DNA from: Nitrospirota bacterium
Lineage (GTDB): Bacteria > Nitrospirota > UBA9217
Reading direction: 5' to 3'
Assembly (NCBI GenBank): GCA_963740085.1
Contig: CAVUCU010000003.1
Coordinates: 160,001-224,000 of the forward strand
DNA length: 64,000 nt
Part shown: positions 10,460-19,171 of the stretch, in pieces
How the letters are laid out: every line of letters starts with the position of its first letter
Numbering within the stretch: position 1 is the stretch's first letter
Made by a program: the position numbers and the translations under genes
The notes under the pieces: model-generated
Databases searched by the model: none
Told to the model about the DNA's origin: nothing
What the model saw: the letters and a program-made list of their open reading frames with translations, nothing else

Positions 10460-11949
10460 CAATTCACTCCAAAGATCTGTACGCAGGACCTGATGGTATC
10501 GTCGATGAACCGGGGGACCCTGACGCCCATCACCACGATCGCAACTGCCATCACGATCATGACGATCGTGCCGAGCATATTCCCCGGGTTAAATCCTGCA
10601 GCGGGGTGATGGCCGGGATCAAGAGAACCGGATTCCCCGGGTTTCCCGAACAGCATCTTTCCGAAGCCGGAAAGCACCCCGTAAAACACGATGGCGACGA
10701 AGAACAGGAAAAAGGCAACCACGAACCACAGGCCCCTGTCCACGCCGGCCTTCAGGACAGTGAACTCGCTCACAAATATATTGAACGGCGGTGTGCCGGA
10801 GAGCGACAACATGCCGATGAATGTCAGCGTTCCCAGGAGCGGCATGGACGTGAGCACTCCGCTCACGTTGGCGATGTTCGTAGATCCGAAACGTGACTGG
10901 ATCTTTCCCGAGGCGAAGAACATGAGCGGTTTTGCGAGGGCATGGTTCAGGACATGCAGGAGCGCGCCGTAGATACCGACCGGCCCGCCGATGCCGATAC
11001 CGAGCGAAATGATGCCCATGTGCTCGATACTGCTGTAGGCAAGGAGCCGTTTGTAATTGTCCTGTACCAGGATGAAGATCGCTGAGATGCCCAGGGAGAT
11101 AAGGCCGAAGATGATCAGGAGGTTGCCGGTAAAGGCGCCGCCCGTCGACGGTTCGACGATCATGACAAAGCGCATGATCCCGTAGAACGCCGTATTGAGC
11201 AGTATCCCCGAAAGCAGGGCGCTGATCGGGCTCGGCGCCTGGCTATGGGCGTCGGGCAGCCAGTTGTGCACCGGTGCAAGGCCGGCCTTGGTGCCGTAAC
11301 CGACAAGCACGAAGATAAAGGCGAGTTTCATGGTCTCGGGATTAAGCTTGCTTGCAACACCGCGAAGCACGGTCCAGTTGAGCGCGCCCTCGGTCCCCAT
11401 GACGGACGTGGAGGCATAGTAGGTAATGAACGTGCCGAGCAGGGCAAAGGTGATGCCGACCGTGCACAGGATGATGTACTTCCACGCGGCCTCGACCGCC
11501 AGCGGCCGCTTGTGGAACCCGAGGCCGATGAGAAGAGCGGACACGATGGTCGTTGCCTCGATCCCGATCCACATGACGGCAAGGTTGTTCGCCATGCACA
11601 CAAGCAGCATCGTGAAGACAAAGAGATGGAACAGACCGTAGTAGGTCCTCACTCCGCGGAGATTCATCAGCCCCGTTTCGTACTCATGTTCAAGATAGCT
11701 GATGGAGTAGATGGCAGAGGCAAGGCTCAGGAATATCACCAGCGCCATGATATACCCCGAAAGGGCGTCCATGGAGAACATGCCGCTCAGATCCGAAACC
11801 GATGCAGTGAGGGACGCGGCAATAAAAGAAAATGCGTACCAGGCGAGCGCAACCGCGCCTGCAAGGCTCAGGTAGCCTACGACGCGCGGATTTCGCACGT
11901 TATAGCAGATGATCGCGGTAATAATCGGTATGACGAGTATCCCTATCAC
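10459..11949 (-). CDS. hyfF: Hydrogenase-4 subunit F-like antiporter subunit, cluster A
   Basis: Motifs EAAWKYIILC, GYGTKAGLAPVHNWLPDAHSQAP and AYSSIEHMG. Confidence 0.9.
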   Translation of the reverse strand: MIGILVIPIITAIICYNVRNPRVVGYLSLAGAVALAWYAFSFIAASLTASVSDLSGMFSMDALSGYIMALVIFLSLASAIYSISYLEHEYETGLMNLRGVRTYYGLFHLFVFTMLLVCMANNLAVMWIGIEATTIVSALLIGLGFHKRPLAVEAAWKYIILCTVGITFALLGTFITYYASTSVMGTEGALNWTVLRGVASKLNPETMKLAFIFVLVGYGTKAGLAPVHNWLPDAHSQAPSPISALLSGILLNTAFYGIMRFVMIVEPSTGGAFTGNLLIIFGLISLGISAIFILVQDNYKRLLAYSSIEHMGIISLGIGIGGPVGIYGALLHVLNHALAKPLMFFASGKIQSRFGSTNIANVSGVLTSMPLLGTLTFIGMLSLSGTPPFNIFVSEFTVLKAGVDRGLWFVVAFFLFFVAIVFYGVLSGFGKMLFGKPGESGSLDPGHHPAAGFNPGNMLGTIVMIVMAVAIVVMGVRVPRFIDDTIRSCVQIFGVN

Positions 11950-11951
11950 TT

Positions 11952-12056
11952 GTCGCTTCGCTCCGTTGAAAATTGGATATTTAAAATTTGAGATTTCAAA
12001 TTGCTTTGCTTAATTTCAAATCTCGAATCTGCAATTCGGCGCGCCTTCCGCGCCGC
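11952..12056. repeat. Complete 'empty' bipartite heptamer element with GC-rich end motifs
   Basis: GTCGCTTCGCTCC - TTGAAAA TTGGATA TTTAAAA TTTGAGA ... AATTTCA AATCTCG AATCTGC AATT - CGGCGCG(cctt)cCGCGCCG. Confidence 0.75.
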
Positions 12057-12715
12057 TATCCCTTAAGAACCGTCAGCTTGTCCAGGTCCGCTGAAGCAAA
12101 GGCCCGTTTGATCTGGATGGCGAAGATCCCCATGATGATCACCCCCATGAGCATGTCGAACAGTACCCCGAGCTCGATCATCGTGGGCATTCCGAAGGTC
12201 AGCGAAAAACCGGCCAGAAAGAGGCCGTTTTCCATGAACAGCAGTCCCAGCACCTGTGTCAGCGCCTTTTTCCTCGTGATCATGATGAAGAGACTGATGA
12301 GGATCACGGCTATGGATATCTGGAGAACATTCCTCGAAAAACCGGTCACAAAGATGCCGTCTTTCAGTGAAGCGTACACCACGGCCACCAGAATGCCCGA
12401 TATGGCAAGAGAAAGGGTATTGCTGATATATGGCTGAACCTCGTGGGTCACCCGCATCTGGCGGACTATCCTCCGCAGGAAAAGCGGGATAAGGATACCC
12501 TTCGTAGCAAGGGTCAGGAACGCCGCAACATACAGATGCGTTTCTCCCGCGAGGACCGCTACCACGGCGATCAATCCGGCCAGCAGCCAGGAATTGATCG
12601 TGTACGCCTTCACGTATGACTCGATGCTCTTGAAGGCGTTCAGGGTCACTGCGGTCAGGAGAATGCCGACGGAGATATAATCGATTATGGAAAAAGCTTC
12701 AAGCCAGGATTTCAT
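12056..12715 (-). CDS. hyfE: Hydrogenase-4 membrane subunit E-like, cluster A
   Basis: Motifs TQVLGLLFMENG and GMPTMIELGVLFD. Confidence 0.88.
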   Translation of the reverse strand: MKSWLEAFSIIDYISVGILLTAVTLNAFKSIESYVKAYTINSWLLAGLIAVVAVLAGETHLYVAAFLTLATKGILIPLFLRRIVRQMRVTHEVQPYISNTLSLAISGILVAVVYASLKDGIFVTGFSRNVLQISIAVILISLFIMITRKKALTQVLGLLFMENGLFLAGFSLTFGMPTMIELGVLFDMLMGVIIMGIFAIQIKRAFASADLDKLTVLKG

Positions 12716-12782
12716 GTCGCTGCGCTCCGGGGGTCGCTATGCTCCATTGGAAATTGAAGATTGGAGATTGGAAATTTTAAAT
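12716..12782. repeat. Left arm of heptamer inverted repeat flanking hyfC (cluster A)
   Basis: GTCGCTRYGCTCC twice, then ATTGGAA ATTGAAG ATTGGAG ATTGGAA ATTTTAA AT. Matches the reverse complement of 13812-13848 at 33/37 by hand. Confidence 0.8.
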
Positions 12783-12791
12783 TTAAACCGT

Positions 12792-12856
12792 CTACTTTTT
12801 CTTCTTCGCAGTAATAACAGACTTTGCAATAAAAGCTTCATCGTGAGTTTGAATAT
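12792..12856 (-). pseudogene. Possible relic of a four-helix-bundle (23S rRNA IVP-like) gene
   Basis: Minus strand encodes IFKLTMKL in one frame joined to IAKSVITAKKKK* in another. Recalled as resembling N- and C-terminal segments of TIGR02436-type proteins; very short. Confidence 0.35.
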
Positions 12857-12879
12857 GCCCGCACCATGCCCGCATGTCG

Positions 12880-13797
12880 CTATTTCCCCATCATAATGTT
12901 CGTTACGAGCGAAAGGAACGCAAGAACAAAGGCGCCGCCAAGGATCGACGGAAGCTGGAAGAACCTCACCTTCGCGCGTGTGGACTCCACCGCAGCCATC
13001 AGCACGGACATGCCGAGCATTTTGATCGCATATATACCGGTAGCTGCAACCATGCCCGGGCCGCCCGCGGCATGCGCCATCCCGAAAGGGATAAAAACAT
13101 CCACTGCCAGTGTGAAAAGGACCATCTGCTTCATGGAGTGCGCCCATTCCATGAGGGCCAGATACCTGCCGGAATATTCCAGGATCATGCCTTCGTGGAT
13201 CATCGTAAGCTCAAGATGCGTGTCCGGGTTGTCAACCGGCACCCTGCCGGTTTCCGCGATGATCGCCACAATGAACGCAGCCGAAGCAAGCAGGTGCGAC
13301 GGTGAATAGGCAATGCCCTGCGCACCGGCGATACGTGCAATGTTCGTGGATCCTGCCGCTATGGCGGCAGTGAAGAGAGCGAGCATCATCATGGGCTCCA
13401 CCAGGATCGCAACGGTCATTTCCCTGCTGCTTCCCTCGCCGCCAAAGGCCGTCCCGGCATCAAGGCCGGCGAGCGCCATGAAAAACCGGGCCAGGGCAAA
13501 GAGCGCGATAAGGGCGATGAGATCTCCCATCACATCAAAGGCTGATGCTGTGGTTATCACCGGAACGATCATTGCCGCAGCCACCATTGACGCAAACACA
13601 ATATACGGCGCGCTCTTGAATATCCATGACGTGACCGTGGAGATCACCATATCCTTTTTAAAAAGGCGCAGGAGATCATAGTAGGACTGGAGCACGCGGG
13701 GCCCCTTTCTGCCCTGCATCTCCGCCTTGAATGTCTTGATCAACCCGTTCACCAGCGGTGAAAAGATGACGATTATGAGAAATTGATAATACCGCAT
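12880..13797 (-). CDS. hyfC: Complex I subunit 1 family membrane subunit (HyfC/HycD), cluster A
   Basis: Motifs GTAFGGEGSSRE and AETGRVPVDNPDTHLELTMIHEGMILEYSG. Confidence 0.9.
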   Translation of the reverse strand: MRYYQFLIIVIFSPLVNGLIKTFKAEMQGRKGPRVLQSYYDLLRLFKKDMVISTVTSWIFKSAPYIVFASMVAAAMIVPVITTASAFDVMGDLIALIALFALARFFMALAGLDAGTAFGGEGSSREMTVAILVEPMMMLALFTAAIAAGSTNIARIAGAQGIAYSPSHLLASAAFIVAIIAETGRVPVDNPDTHLELTMIHEGMILEYSGRYLALMEWAHSMKQMVLFTLAVDVFIPFGMAHAAGGPGMVAATGIYAIKMLGMSVLMAAVESTRAKVRFFQLPSILGGAFVLAFLSLVTNIMMGK

Positions 13798-13811
13798 GCC
13801 TTCACACTCAG

Positions 13812-13866
13812 ATTTAAAATCTCAAATTTCCAATCTTCAACTTCCAATTCGGCGCGTCGCGCCGCT
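13812..13866. repeat. Right arm of heptamer inverted repeat flanking hyfC (cluster A)
   Basis: ATTTAAAATCTCAAATTTCCAATCTTCAACTTCCAAT followed by TCGGCGCGTCGCGCCGCT, the same end motif as 12036-12057. Confidence 0.8.
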
Positions 13867-13867
13867 G

Positions 13868-15859
13868 CTATGTTCCAAAGATCAATAACACGATCAGCGT
13901 GATCAGAATGTATCCCAGATAGAGCTGAAGGCTGCCGGACTGCAGCAGCTTCACTTTACCGGCAACGATATTTATGAATCCGGCGACCGGCTCATACACA
14001 TATCGATCGAAGAACGGCGTGATCTCACCGCCATACCGTATTGACTTCACAAAAAAAGGCTTGATGAGATAGGACACCTTCAGGTCTCTGCTCGGAAGGT
14101 AGATGCGCTTATAGATGATCCTGAGCGGTTTGGTAAATGCCGTGGCCGTATACTGCATCCGCGAGGTAAGCCCCCGGATACCGCAGTCCCATGAATCGGC
14201 ATACACGATCTTTCTTTGCCCCCCGACGATCCTGATGAAGAGCATTGCGGCGACCAGCATAACGACCATGGTGACCATTATCGCAACCGGTGACAGGGTC
14301 GCCGATGTCTGCGGTATGCCAAGAACGCCATGCTGAAAGACAAGGGTCGATGCGCCGGTGACGCTATAGACGGCGGAAACCAGAAGAGACATCGCGGCAG
14401 CAGGAAAAATACCGAAAATGAGGCATGGAACGGCAAGGAACGCCATTCCCAGTATCATCGTAGTTGACGTCTCCTTTGCTTCCCGGGCCTGAGCGCTCCT
14501 CGGCATGCCGAGAAATGATATGCCAAAGGCCTTCACAAAGCCCGCGGCGGCAAGGGCGCCGGTGAGCGCGAGCGCCGCCCCACCGAGCGGCGACACGATC
14601 TTCGCCGTCACCGAGGGGGCTTGAAATCCGAGAAGCAGCGACTGATAGGTAAGCCATTCGCTCACAAACCCGTTCAGCGGGGGAAGCGCGCAGATCGAGA
14701 GTGAACCGATCAGAAAAAAGAGACCGGTGTACGGCATTCGTTTCAAAAGACCGCCCATCGTTTCCATATTACCGCTGCCCGTGCTGGCGATCACCGATCC
14801 CGCGCCCAGGAAAAGCACGCTTTTGAACAAGGCATGGTTCAGCGCGTGATAGAGGGCCGCCGTAAGCGCCAGCGACGACAGTGCATAGAGTCCGTTGCTC
14901 TTGAACATCATGGCTGCGCCGACGCCCAACAGGATGATCCCGATATTCTCTACGCTGGAGTAGGCCAGGAACAGCTTCACCTCGTTCTCGATCAGGCTGT
15001 AGAGGATGCCGAGGATCGCCGATACCGCGCCCACGCAGATGAGCGAGATCCCCCACCACTCGGGCCCCTGCCCCATCACATCCATGCAGATCCTGATCAA
15101 TCCGTAGATGCCCATCTTTACCATGAGGCCGGACATGAGGGCGGCGATATTCGACGGCACCACCGCGTATGCCCGGGGGATCCAGGTATGGAGTGGGATG
15201 ATCCCCGACTTTGCGCCGAAACCAATGACTGAAAAAATAAAGATGATCGACTTTACGCCTTGTGGCATACCGGAAAGCCCCGCCTTCATCCCTTCGAAGT
15301 CCATCCTGTTCGTATAACGATAGAGAATAAAGAAAAGTGCGATGAGGAACGCGGTGCCGATGTGGGTCATCACCGCGTAGAAAAGGCCTGCGCGCGCGGC
15401 CTTCTCGCTCCGTTCGAAGATCACGAGAAAATAGGACGCGATCGCCATCGTCTCCCAGGAGATCAGAAAGGTAAAGATATTTGCCGACAGGACGACGGCG
15501 TAGAGGCTCAGAATGAGGAGATTATAAAAGAACCCCATGAAACCCGCGTGCGGTAAGCCGCGCGTAAATCCGATGGAGTAGACCGACACGGCGAAGGTGA
15601 CCAGTGATATCGTGATCATGAAGAAGCCGGTCAGCGCATCACCGCGGAAGGAAAACTCGAAGACGGATGACGCGGACAGGGCCTGGTAGGTTACCGGAGC
15701 CGCAATAGTGAGATAGATCCCGATCGCAAGAAAACTGAGGGCTCCAAAGAGAGAACAGAGGTAGGATATGATTCTGCTTTTTCCGGCTGGTACGAGTGCG
15801 CTTACCGCACCCACTGCAAAAAAAATGATCCCCGAAAGAAGAAAATGTTCCGTTTCCAT
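13868..15859 (-). CDS. hyfB: Hydrogenase-4 subunit B-like antiporter subunit, cluster A
   Basis: Motifs KSGIIPLHTWIP, LAYSSVENIG, ALPPLNGFVSEW and WDCG..RMQYTA. Confidence 0.9.
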   Translation of the reverse strand: METEHFLLSGIIFFAVGAVSALVPAGKSRIISYLCSLFGALSFLAIGIYLTIAAPVTYQALSASSVFEFSFRGDALTGFFMITISLVTFAVSVYSIGFTRGLPHAGFMGFFYNLLILSLYAVVLSANIFTFLISWETMAIASYFLVIFERSEKAARAGLFYAVMTHIGTAFLIALFFILYRYTNRMDFEGMKAGLSGMPQGVKSIIFIFSVIGFGAKSGIIPLHTWIPRAYAVVPSNIAALMSGLMVKMGIYGLIRICMDVMGQGPEWWGISLICVGAVSAILGILYSLIENEVKLFLAYSSVENIGIILLGVGAAMMFKSNGLYALSSLALTAALYHALNHALFKSVLFLGAGSVIASTGSGNMETMGGLLKRMPYTGLFFLIGSLSICALPPLNGFVSEWLTYQSLLLGFQAPSVTAKIVSPLGGAALALTGALAAAGFVKAFGISFLGMPRSAQAREAKETSTTMILGMAFLAVPCLIFGIFPAAAMSLLVSAVYSVTGASTLVFQHGVLGIPQTSATLSPVAIMVTMVVMLVAAMLFIRIVGGQRKIVYADSWDCGIRGLTSRMQYTATAFTKPLRIIYKRIYLPSRDLKVSYLIKPFFVKSIRYGGEITPFFDRYVYEPVAGFINIVAGKVKLLQSGSLQLYLGYILITLIVLLIFGT

Positions 15860-15919
15860 CAAAATAAATTCCCGCTCTGTCAAAAATCAGTCGTCCAAAA
15901 TGCCGTGTTACGATGTTGC

Positions 15920-15947
15920 AGTATATTCCAATAGGCCGTTTTGTCAA
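15920..15947 (-). promoter_or_regulatory. sigma70-type promoter for the Ehr operon
   Basis: Minus strand TTGACA-16nt-TATACT upstream of hyfB. Confidence 0.6.
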
Positions 15948-16100
15948 GATAAAATTCAAATACCCCTGGGTTCAAGCGGCGTTTTGTCTTCAACAACTTC
16001 GCCCATCACGGCGGTCAGCCCCGCAATTGCAGCTCAGCATGGCCCCCCATCTTTACGGCGCCCTGGTGGACCGGATCGATGAAAGCGACGCGTGTCAAAC

Positions 16101-16128
16101 AAAAAAGGGCGGCTTTTTCAGCCGCCCT
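16101..16128 (-). terminator. Rho-independent terminator after the DUF1634 gene
   Basis: GGGCGGCT/AGCCGCCC stem followed by T6 on the minus strand. Confidence 0.75.
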
Positions 16129-16161
16129 GCAGTTATCTTAGTCAGATACCGTTCTGATCGA

Positions 16162-16581
16162 TCAATGGCCGCCGACTTTCAAGAGTCCGCTCGCTGCAAG
16201 AGACAGCACCAGTATCTCGACGATCGCGAGAATGACGTAGGCGGTATCCTTTTTCCTGAACAGGATCGGCAGGATAACCAGGTAGCAGAGGATCGTGAGT
16301 CCCGACAGCATTGCAATGCCGACGAAGTTCAGGTAATCGCCCTTTCCTACCAGTGCGGCCCAGTGCCAGCCCGTGGGCGCGTTGAGAGCAACGTTGTAGT
16401 CATGCACCCGCATGGTCCAGTACTTCGGCAGATCGTCGATCGGCACAAAGGTCGGGAGCACCCCCGAGATGTAAATAAAGAAAGTGATCACCAGAACGGC
16501 GAGCCCCAGCCACATCCCGACGTTCAGAACACCCGCATATGACATCTGCTCTTCCGATGCCTTGGTTTTTTCGTTCGTCAT
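16162..16581 (-). CDS. DUF1634-like membrane protein
   Basis: Hydrophobic 139 aa protein with GDYLNFVGIAMLSG, directly downstream of a TauE/SafE gene, its usual partner. Confidence 0.7.
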   Translation of the reverse strand: MTNEKTKASEEQMSYAGVLNVGMWLGLAVLVITFFIYISGVLPTFVPIDDLPKYWTMRVHDYNVALNAPTGWHWAALVGKGDYLNFVGIAMLSGLTILCYLVILPILFRKKDTAYVILAIVEILVLSLAASGLLKVGGH

Positions 16582-16593
16582 TTTAAGTTCCCC

Positions 16594-17637
16594 CTATTTC
16601 CAGATTGCAAGTCCCTTGAGCAAAGACCTGAGTCCCGCGAAGAGCAGGAGACCTATCACCATCCACTTGATGGCCTTCGGCTTTGATTTGGCGAGGATCT
16701 TCACACCGATGATCGAACCGAGCATGATGCCCACGAGGGACGGCACCACGATCATCGGCAGGACCGCGCCCTGGTTCAGGTAAACCCATGCCGCCGAGGT
16801 GTCGGTGATCGAAAGCAGGAACTTGCTTGTGGCCACCGAGATCTTGAGCGGCGCGCCCATCAGCAGGTTCAGCACCGGGACATTCGCCCAGCCCGCGCCG
16901 AGACCGAACATGCCTGCCATGATGCCGATCACGACGAACAGTGCCAGGCCCATCGGTGTCTTATGGACGGTCCATTCCACGTCCTTGCCGAGCGACTCTT
17001 CCCGGTAGATGCCCATGATCCCGAGGCTCTGTGCAAGGTTGTCCGGCTTGGGCACATGGGGAAAATCTGACTTTTTTGCAGTTGCCATAATGACCACGAT
17101 GAACAGGATCGTCGCGCCGAGGAGGGTGTTCACTACGTTCGGCTTCAGTGCAAGGCCGATCATCGCTCCGCCGATCGCGGCCGCAGACGCGATCACCGCC
17201 ACGGGAATCGCCAGCCGGAGGCTCGCGAGATTCCTCTTCAGCAGACCCGGACCCGCAGCAAGCGCGCCTGCGAGGGCAACGAGTAGTCCTGCGCCTCTCA
17301 CGAAGTCAATGTTGAACGGGAAGAACCCGCCCACGATCGGCACGAACAACACTCCGCCTCCGACACCGCCGAGTACCGCCAGGATGCCGAGAATAAAGGT
17401 AGTGACGAACAACGCCAGCGGCCATATCCACCATGGTGTGGCCGACCCAGGCACTGCGGAAACCGGGGTTGCCTCTGCCGCATGGGCATAGTCGTGTCCA
17501 ACTGCCTCAGCAGCAGGCGCGGCTGGAGCCGGGTCGTTTGATGCAAATACGGTTCCGGCTGCGGACAACATGGCAAAAACGGTCAGCAGCATGACGGAAA
17601 CCTTTAACCAACGCTGTACCATTTCTTTTCCTTTCAT
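16594..17637 (-). CDS. Sulfite exporter TauE/SafE family protein
   Basis: Repeated GGVGGGVLFVP and GMFGLGAGWANVP motifs; multi-pass membrane protein. Confidence 0.85.
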   Translation of the reverse strand: MKGKEMVQRWLKVSVMLLTVFAMLSAAGTVFASNDPAPAAPAAEAVGHDYAHAAEATPVSAVPGSATPWWIWPLALFVTTFILGILAVLGGVGGGVLFVPIVGGFFPFNIDFVRGAGLLVALAGALAAGPGLLKRNLASLRLAIPVAVIASAAAIGGAMIGLALKPNVVNTLLGATILFIVVIMATAKKSDFPHVPKPDNLAQSLGIMGIYREESLGKDVEWTVHKTPMGLALFVVIGIMAGMFGLGAGWANVPVLNLLMGAPLKISVATSKFLLSITDTSAAWVYLNQGAVLPMIVVPSLVGIMLGSIIGVKILAKSKPKAIKWMVIGLLLFAGLRSLLKGLAIWK

Positions 17638-17828
17638 TCCGATAAATCCAATAGGGTATTTTATTCAAACCAATGCATTGCGTTATGCAATTGTATGGTT
17701 TCAATTTGCACGGGTTGTCATGTTATTATAATATTGGAGAAGTTGTCAAGAAAAATGTTAGGCATTCAGCACTGGATTTCCATAAATTCGTGCGATAAAG
17801 CGATAAGAAACACTTATGGTTAAAAACG

Positions 17829-17860
17829 AAAAAGGAGGAGGCGGGGCAGATGCCCCGCCT
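17829..17860 (-). terminator. Rho-independent terminator
   Basis: AGGCGGGGC-agat-GCCCCGCCT stem with a downstream T run on the minus strand. Confidence 0.65.
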
Positions 17861-17899
17861 TGGAGGAGGAGGTTCATGACCGAGTCATGAGAAGTTATG

Positions 17900-19108
17900 T
17901 TACTGGACTACGCCGCCGATGACCGCCGGCGCTACTGTAACCACAGGTTCCGTGCCGATCGCGGGCGCCGTCCATTCCGTGGCGAGATCCGGCAGAGGAT
18001 AGCTTGCTACCGACAACGCAGAGCAGTTGCTGGCATCAACTTTCTTCATTCTCTGCTCCAACTCTAGAGGTTTCACGAGATACTCGGTAGTATCTACCGT
18101 TACCTTGGTGAGTGATCCATCTGCCTGTACCGGCGGGATCACGAATGCCGGTACATATCTGATAGTACTGCTATTGGTACACTCCGCATCAAGACCGGTA
18201 TCCATATTCACACACTTGCCGGGAATACCATTGAGATTGCCGAATCCGCTGTATTCCATCATAAAGGTCGCGCCGGCATAGGGCGCCTTATTATGTACAT
18301 ACTTGACCGATAGCGGCGGTTCGAACTTCAGCATTGTCCCACTCCCATCTTTAAGCGCTGAGAACTGGTTCCAGCTGTCTGGTCCTGTTTCCCATGTGTA
18401 GAAGACATCAAGAGCGCTCCACGCTTTCCAGCCACAGACCTGGGCATTCGTTGCAGGATTATTATCCCCGTCCCAGTTGCAATCAAGCGCAGCCAAATTT
18501 GCGGTAGTCGGATCGAACAATGCGCCGCTCATGACACCGTAGGCATTAGTCGAACTCGCCTGGCTCATTATGACGCTCGAACCATTCAGTTGCAGAAGCA
18601 TGGAAGTCGGGTTAAATGTATAGTTGGTCGCCGTATTTGATGGACCGGACATCATCATGCTGATATAAGCCTGCCCGTTGCCATCGACTTGCGGACAATT
18701 ATCATAGCAGGCAAATGACGCGGGAATGGTATCTGTCGGGTACACAAGGTCTTCGGCAAAGAAAATAATGTTCGTATTATTTACAGGTGCGTCACAGGTG
18801 GTCGTGGGCGGCGACGGGATCGAACCTGTTGGGAATGTTTGCATGCAATTGACCAATGGTACTCGCACTTGGCCGCCAAGCGACTGAGAATAGAAATTCA
18901 GTTCACCCCACTGGAGCGTTGACAAATCAAACACCTCCGGAGAAGCCAAATTCTGCCACTGGCAGTTGCCGCTGCAGTTCGAAGGCATTGAGGCTGTTTT
19001 ATAAAACATTTGATCTGTGCCATCCCAAACGACCTGGTAGTTTGAACAGCCACTCTGATCGCATACTGAATAATTGAGCGGAATCCCCTTGATCTCTGCA
19101 AGGGTCAT
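17900..19108 (-). CDS. Hypothetical Cys/Thr/Asn-rich extracellular-type protein, probably 5'-truncated
   Basis: 402 aa ORF with no signal peptide. The frame stays open upstream (LVFTAGGKLKKHSKKT) to the glnE stop. Confidence 0.65.
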   Translation of the reverse strand: MTLAEIKGIPLNYSVCDQSGCSNYQVVWDGTDQMFYKTASMPSNCSGNCQWQNLASPEVFDLSTLQWGELNFYSQSLGGQVRVPLVNCMQTFPTGSIPSPPTTTCDAPVNNTNIIFFAEDLVYPTDTIPASFACYDNCPQVDGNGQAYISMMMSGPSNTATNYTFNPTSMLLQLNGSSVIMSQASSTNAYGVMSGALFDPTTANLAALDCNWDGDNNPATNAQVCGWKAWSALDVFYTWETGPDSWNQFSALKDGSGTMLKFEPPLSVKYVHNKAPYAGATFMMEYSGFGNLNGIPGKCVNMDTGLDAECTNSSTIRYVPAFVIPPVQADGSLTKVTVDTTEYLVKPLELEQRMKKVDASNCSALSVASYPLPDLATEWTAPAIGTEPVVTVAPAVIGGVVQ

Positions 19109-19171
19109 TGTTTTCTTGGAATGCTTCTTAAGCTTCCCGCCTGCGGTAAAGACTAGAAGGGATTCAAGCGA

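Noticed and set aside
12792-12856. Diversity-generating retroelement (Avd-like relic)
   Set aside because: No reverse transcriptase or TR/VR pair was seen in the window.
385-15859. Calling the clusters functional [NiFe] hydrogenase-4 or formate hydrogenlyase
   Set aside because: Both large subunits lack the Ni-binding CxxC motifs, and no hyp or fdh genes are adjacent.
15960-16100. Riboswitch upstream of the Ehr operon
   Set aside because: GC-rich but no recognisable aptamer consensus, and it lies upstream of the predicted promoter. An Rfam scan would settle it.
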